A stretch of 63,602 bases of DNA, the filler included, from Craspedostauros australis (lineage: Eukaryota): assembly GCA_030167865.1 (NCBI GenBank). It is 10 parts of 10 records of this genome, joined end to end, with 100 filler letters (N's around TTAATTAATTAA, not from the genome) between each part and the next. Parts side by side here need not be neighbours in the genome. Positions count along the whole stretch, not along the records: positions 56,550 to 63,602 come from JALAGF010005717.1; 9 more parts are not named here. The stretch is one strand, 5' to 3'. The notes under the pieces were generated by a model. The model did no database searches. It saw only the letters and a list, made by a program, of their open reading frames with translations, and was not told where the DNA came from. Positions within the stretch are counted from its first letter, which is position 1; each line of letters opens with the position of its first letter. The position numbers and the translations under genes were made by a program. Of this stretch, positions 60,985 to 63,602 are shown one piece after another.

Positions 60985-62703
60985 GACAACAGATCAGAAC
61001 TCTTCAAGGTTGACCACGAAGTCTTTGCACAGTCTGCTTCACAATTATACAATTGTAACAAAAATAGAACGTATAATAGACAATAACACTCCAACTCCAC
61101 ACTCGTCTCTGTTGTGATCCGTCCAGAGCAGGGCAGAGTCGAGGAGAGCCACCATTTCGTGGTTTGCTTGTGTGACCNANTGCACTTGATTAGTTCGATC
61201 ACTTGCCGGCCTTGTNTTCTTGGGTCACGANTGACAAACTTGTGCGACTTATTTATCCGTCATTCGATTTTNATATCCGTCATTCGATTTATTTATCCGT
61301 CACTCGATTTATTTATCCGTCATTCGATTTATCTAGAATTCGAAACTGTTTGTCATCAATATAGACGGGACTCGATCAATTAGGCCAGCGGCATCAATGC
61401 CTCGTTTTGTTTCTCCGAAGTAGGACCAACATGATGTCTCACNNNNNNNNNNNNNNNNNNNNNNNNNNNNNNNNNNNNNNNNNNNNNNNNNNNNNNNNNN
61501 NNNNNNNNNNNNNNNNNNNNNNNNNNNNNNNNNNNNNNNNNNNNNNNNNNNNNNNNNNNNNNNNNNNNNNNNNNNNNNNNNNNNNNNNNNNGTGTCCCTG
61601 GCATCGTATTGCCCCAAACACGATCAACCACGGATGACAGGCAGACGATTGAAGCGTGCCAACAATTCTTGACATTACCGAAAACAACGAACTGTTGATG
61701 TTGATGTCACACAGAACAACTACTCAACGACTATGGCAATACGTGTCCTCGTTCTGCGGAAGAGATCATTGTTGTACTTGTGTAGAACTACGTGCATTGA
61801 TGGAGGTGTCAGCCAATGTGTCATAGTCGTACGCATACATGACCAGTAAAGCAATGCATGGGTGAAACAAGCAGCCACGCGAAACGCCACATGCCGAAAA
61901 GGATGAACGAAGGCGACCATGGCAAGAGTTGGGACAGACTTGGTCCGGGATCGACCCGGGACTCAATCGTCCATGTTGCGTACACGGTACCCGGTATCCG
62001 AACCCGATACTGCAATGAAAGGCTACCGCGCGCACGATGTGTAGTTGAACCACAATCCATGCCCTGCTCACCCTCCAGCGCATGTAACCGCGCCACCTGT
62101 CCAGCTAACCATCTTGCAAAGCCTGCAGGCATATTGAACCATATCCATACCCTTGAATCAAGTACTGCTCTACGGATGGAGCTACTGAACAGCTGGGCGT
62201 GTGCAGAACCATCACGACATATCGCTGTACAACACGAACGGCTAAAGCACGACAGCATGAACCCTGCCCTTTTACTCGATCGCCCTGTCAACAGTAAGCT
62301 TAACACATAAAACAAGCAATCAGAAACAATCTTCACAGCTTACTTCCGAGTCTACTACAGTTACATCATCATCTGATACAGCTTTGTTCTCAACATCAAA
62401 CGGTGTCAAAACCGGTTGAAGGACAGCCCATCCTCCTGATAACGTGCAAAAGACACGGAATACCAACTGCAAGAGACGGAGATGGAGACGGAGATGATGC
62501 TGATTGTCAAAGTGCACAAGTAACTACTGTAGACGTATTGGCCCGTTGTTGCGTGCCCTGGTCGGAGCTCTTGTTCTTTATTTGTGAGTTGTCCGAAGAC
62601 AAACCCCCGACCAGTATTTGTGACTAATATGATTAGTAAAGAGGTAAGAAGGTACAGAGAAAGTTGTCACTGATGATGATGACGACGAATGGGAAGTGGT
62701 GAT

Positions 62704-63602
62704 TGTCAGGAATCGGGTGTCATGAAACACGTGATTGCCGCACCTCCCAAGAGTGAGAAGACAAATGCCATGAAACACTATATTACCGCACCTCCCACTG
62801 TGACATTGTGAACACCAAAATGTGAGGTACATGACAGGGCGAATGGTATCCTGAGAAGGATGGTGAATGACAAGTGTGGATCGGATGATGATGACTGTTG
62901 ATAGAACGATATAGAAAACGAGGGTAACTTACTGTACGCCGAAGGGTGATCAATCCGTGGTAGTGCAGTAGGTTGGTGAGTTTGTGTGTGAGTGTGTGTC
63001 TTAGTCTTAAAGCTGTAACGAATCCAAATGAGACTTTCAAAAGGATTGTGAGCATGTGATGAGCAGCATCCATTAGAGTTGGATCTGCATCATCTCTATT
63101 AGTAGTAACATAGCGGAGCGTTGAGTCTCCCACGTGCAATCATCGCGGTGCCGATGTTGCCATTCGAGAGAGGAGACATCAATTTCGTGATGGTCGGAGA
63201 GAGAGTTTGTTGTTCACTCTCTTCCGATCGATTTGGGGGACTTTGTTCATCCAACGGTTTGATCTGTTTGTCCATCCAGGACAGGTCATGTCACGCCCAT
63301 AAGTGGCGTGGGATGGCACGATCGCTCAAACCCAAATTCAGCGGACACGCGACATCGTCTTAAGTAGAGCACGATTCGTGGGGAGAGACCCCGTGGGACC
63401 CCATCCCACCGACATCGAGTCACGCTTCAATCCCGCTCAAACATTCTGAGCAGTCGGGCATTTGACTAACTAGACTAAATCTTAACACGACTAATGTGAA
63501 TACTAGTTTGAGCTAATAACTGTGAAGGGTAATGCGATCATCCAATACACAGTTGCATGTCACACGGGGCTGCAATGATGCACTCGTGACCACCATCAGG
63601 TA
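62704..63602 (-). mobile_element. Family A element (same subfamily as 18917) with nested LTR
   Basis: 62704-62895 and 63521-63602 match the reverse complement of 19437-19709. Confidence 0.87.
62896..63487 (+). mobile_element. LTR (TGTTGA...CTTAACA) nested in family A
   Basis: Insert relative to the 18917 copy, with TG..CA ends. About 30 bp of possible leader follow before family A homology resumes. Confidence 0.6.

Noticed and set aside
61592..62700. Short Cys-rich ORFs
   Set aside because: No recognisable motif or consistent frame; cannot support a call.

Overview
Eukaryotic draft-assembly sequence, very likely from a diatom. Evidence: DUF6824-type proteins, an RxL/(APTS)n cell-wall protein, CoDi-like Copia elements and GTAAGT/GTACGT introns. 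The window is about 10 unrelated scaffolds joined by an artificial linker (about 44 N + TTAATTAATTAA + about 44 N), so synteny across linkers is meaningless. Most of it is nested transposon debris: Ty1/copia gag-pol pieces, several LTR families, two PIF/Harbinger transposases, a DD38D mariner-type transposase and a 9-bp-TSD foldback MULE. Host genes include an ankyrin-BTB protein, a DUF6824 protein, a glycosyltransferase, PheRS alpha, a PPR protein and two secreted cell-surface proteins. Three items stand out. (1) A spliced piggyBac-like DDD transposase carries a YqaJ/lambda-exonuclease-like domain inserted inside its catalytic core; its CC terminus abuts ATAT. (2) A dispersed non-coding element family (10 copies) has about 19-bp imperfect TGT..ACA terminal inverted repeats, 6-bp target-site duplications and divergent interiors. 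(3) An uncharacterised accessory region with a zinc finger and a shared helical domain lies between gag and protease in Copia elements. All protein calls are from motif recognition by eye; no searches were run.
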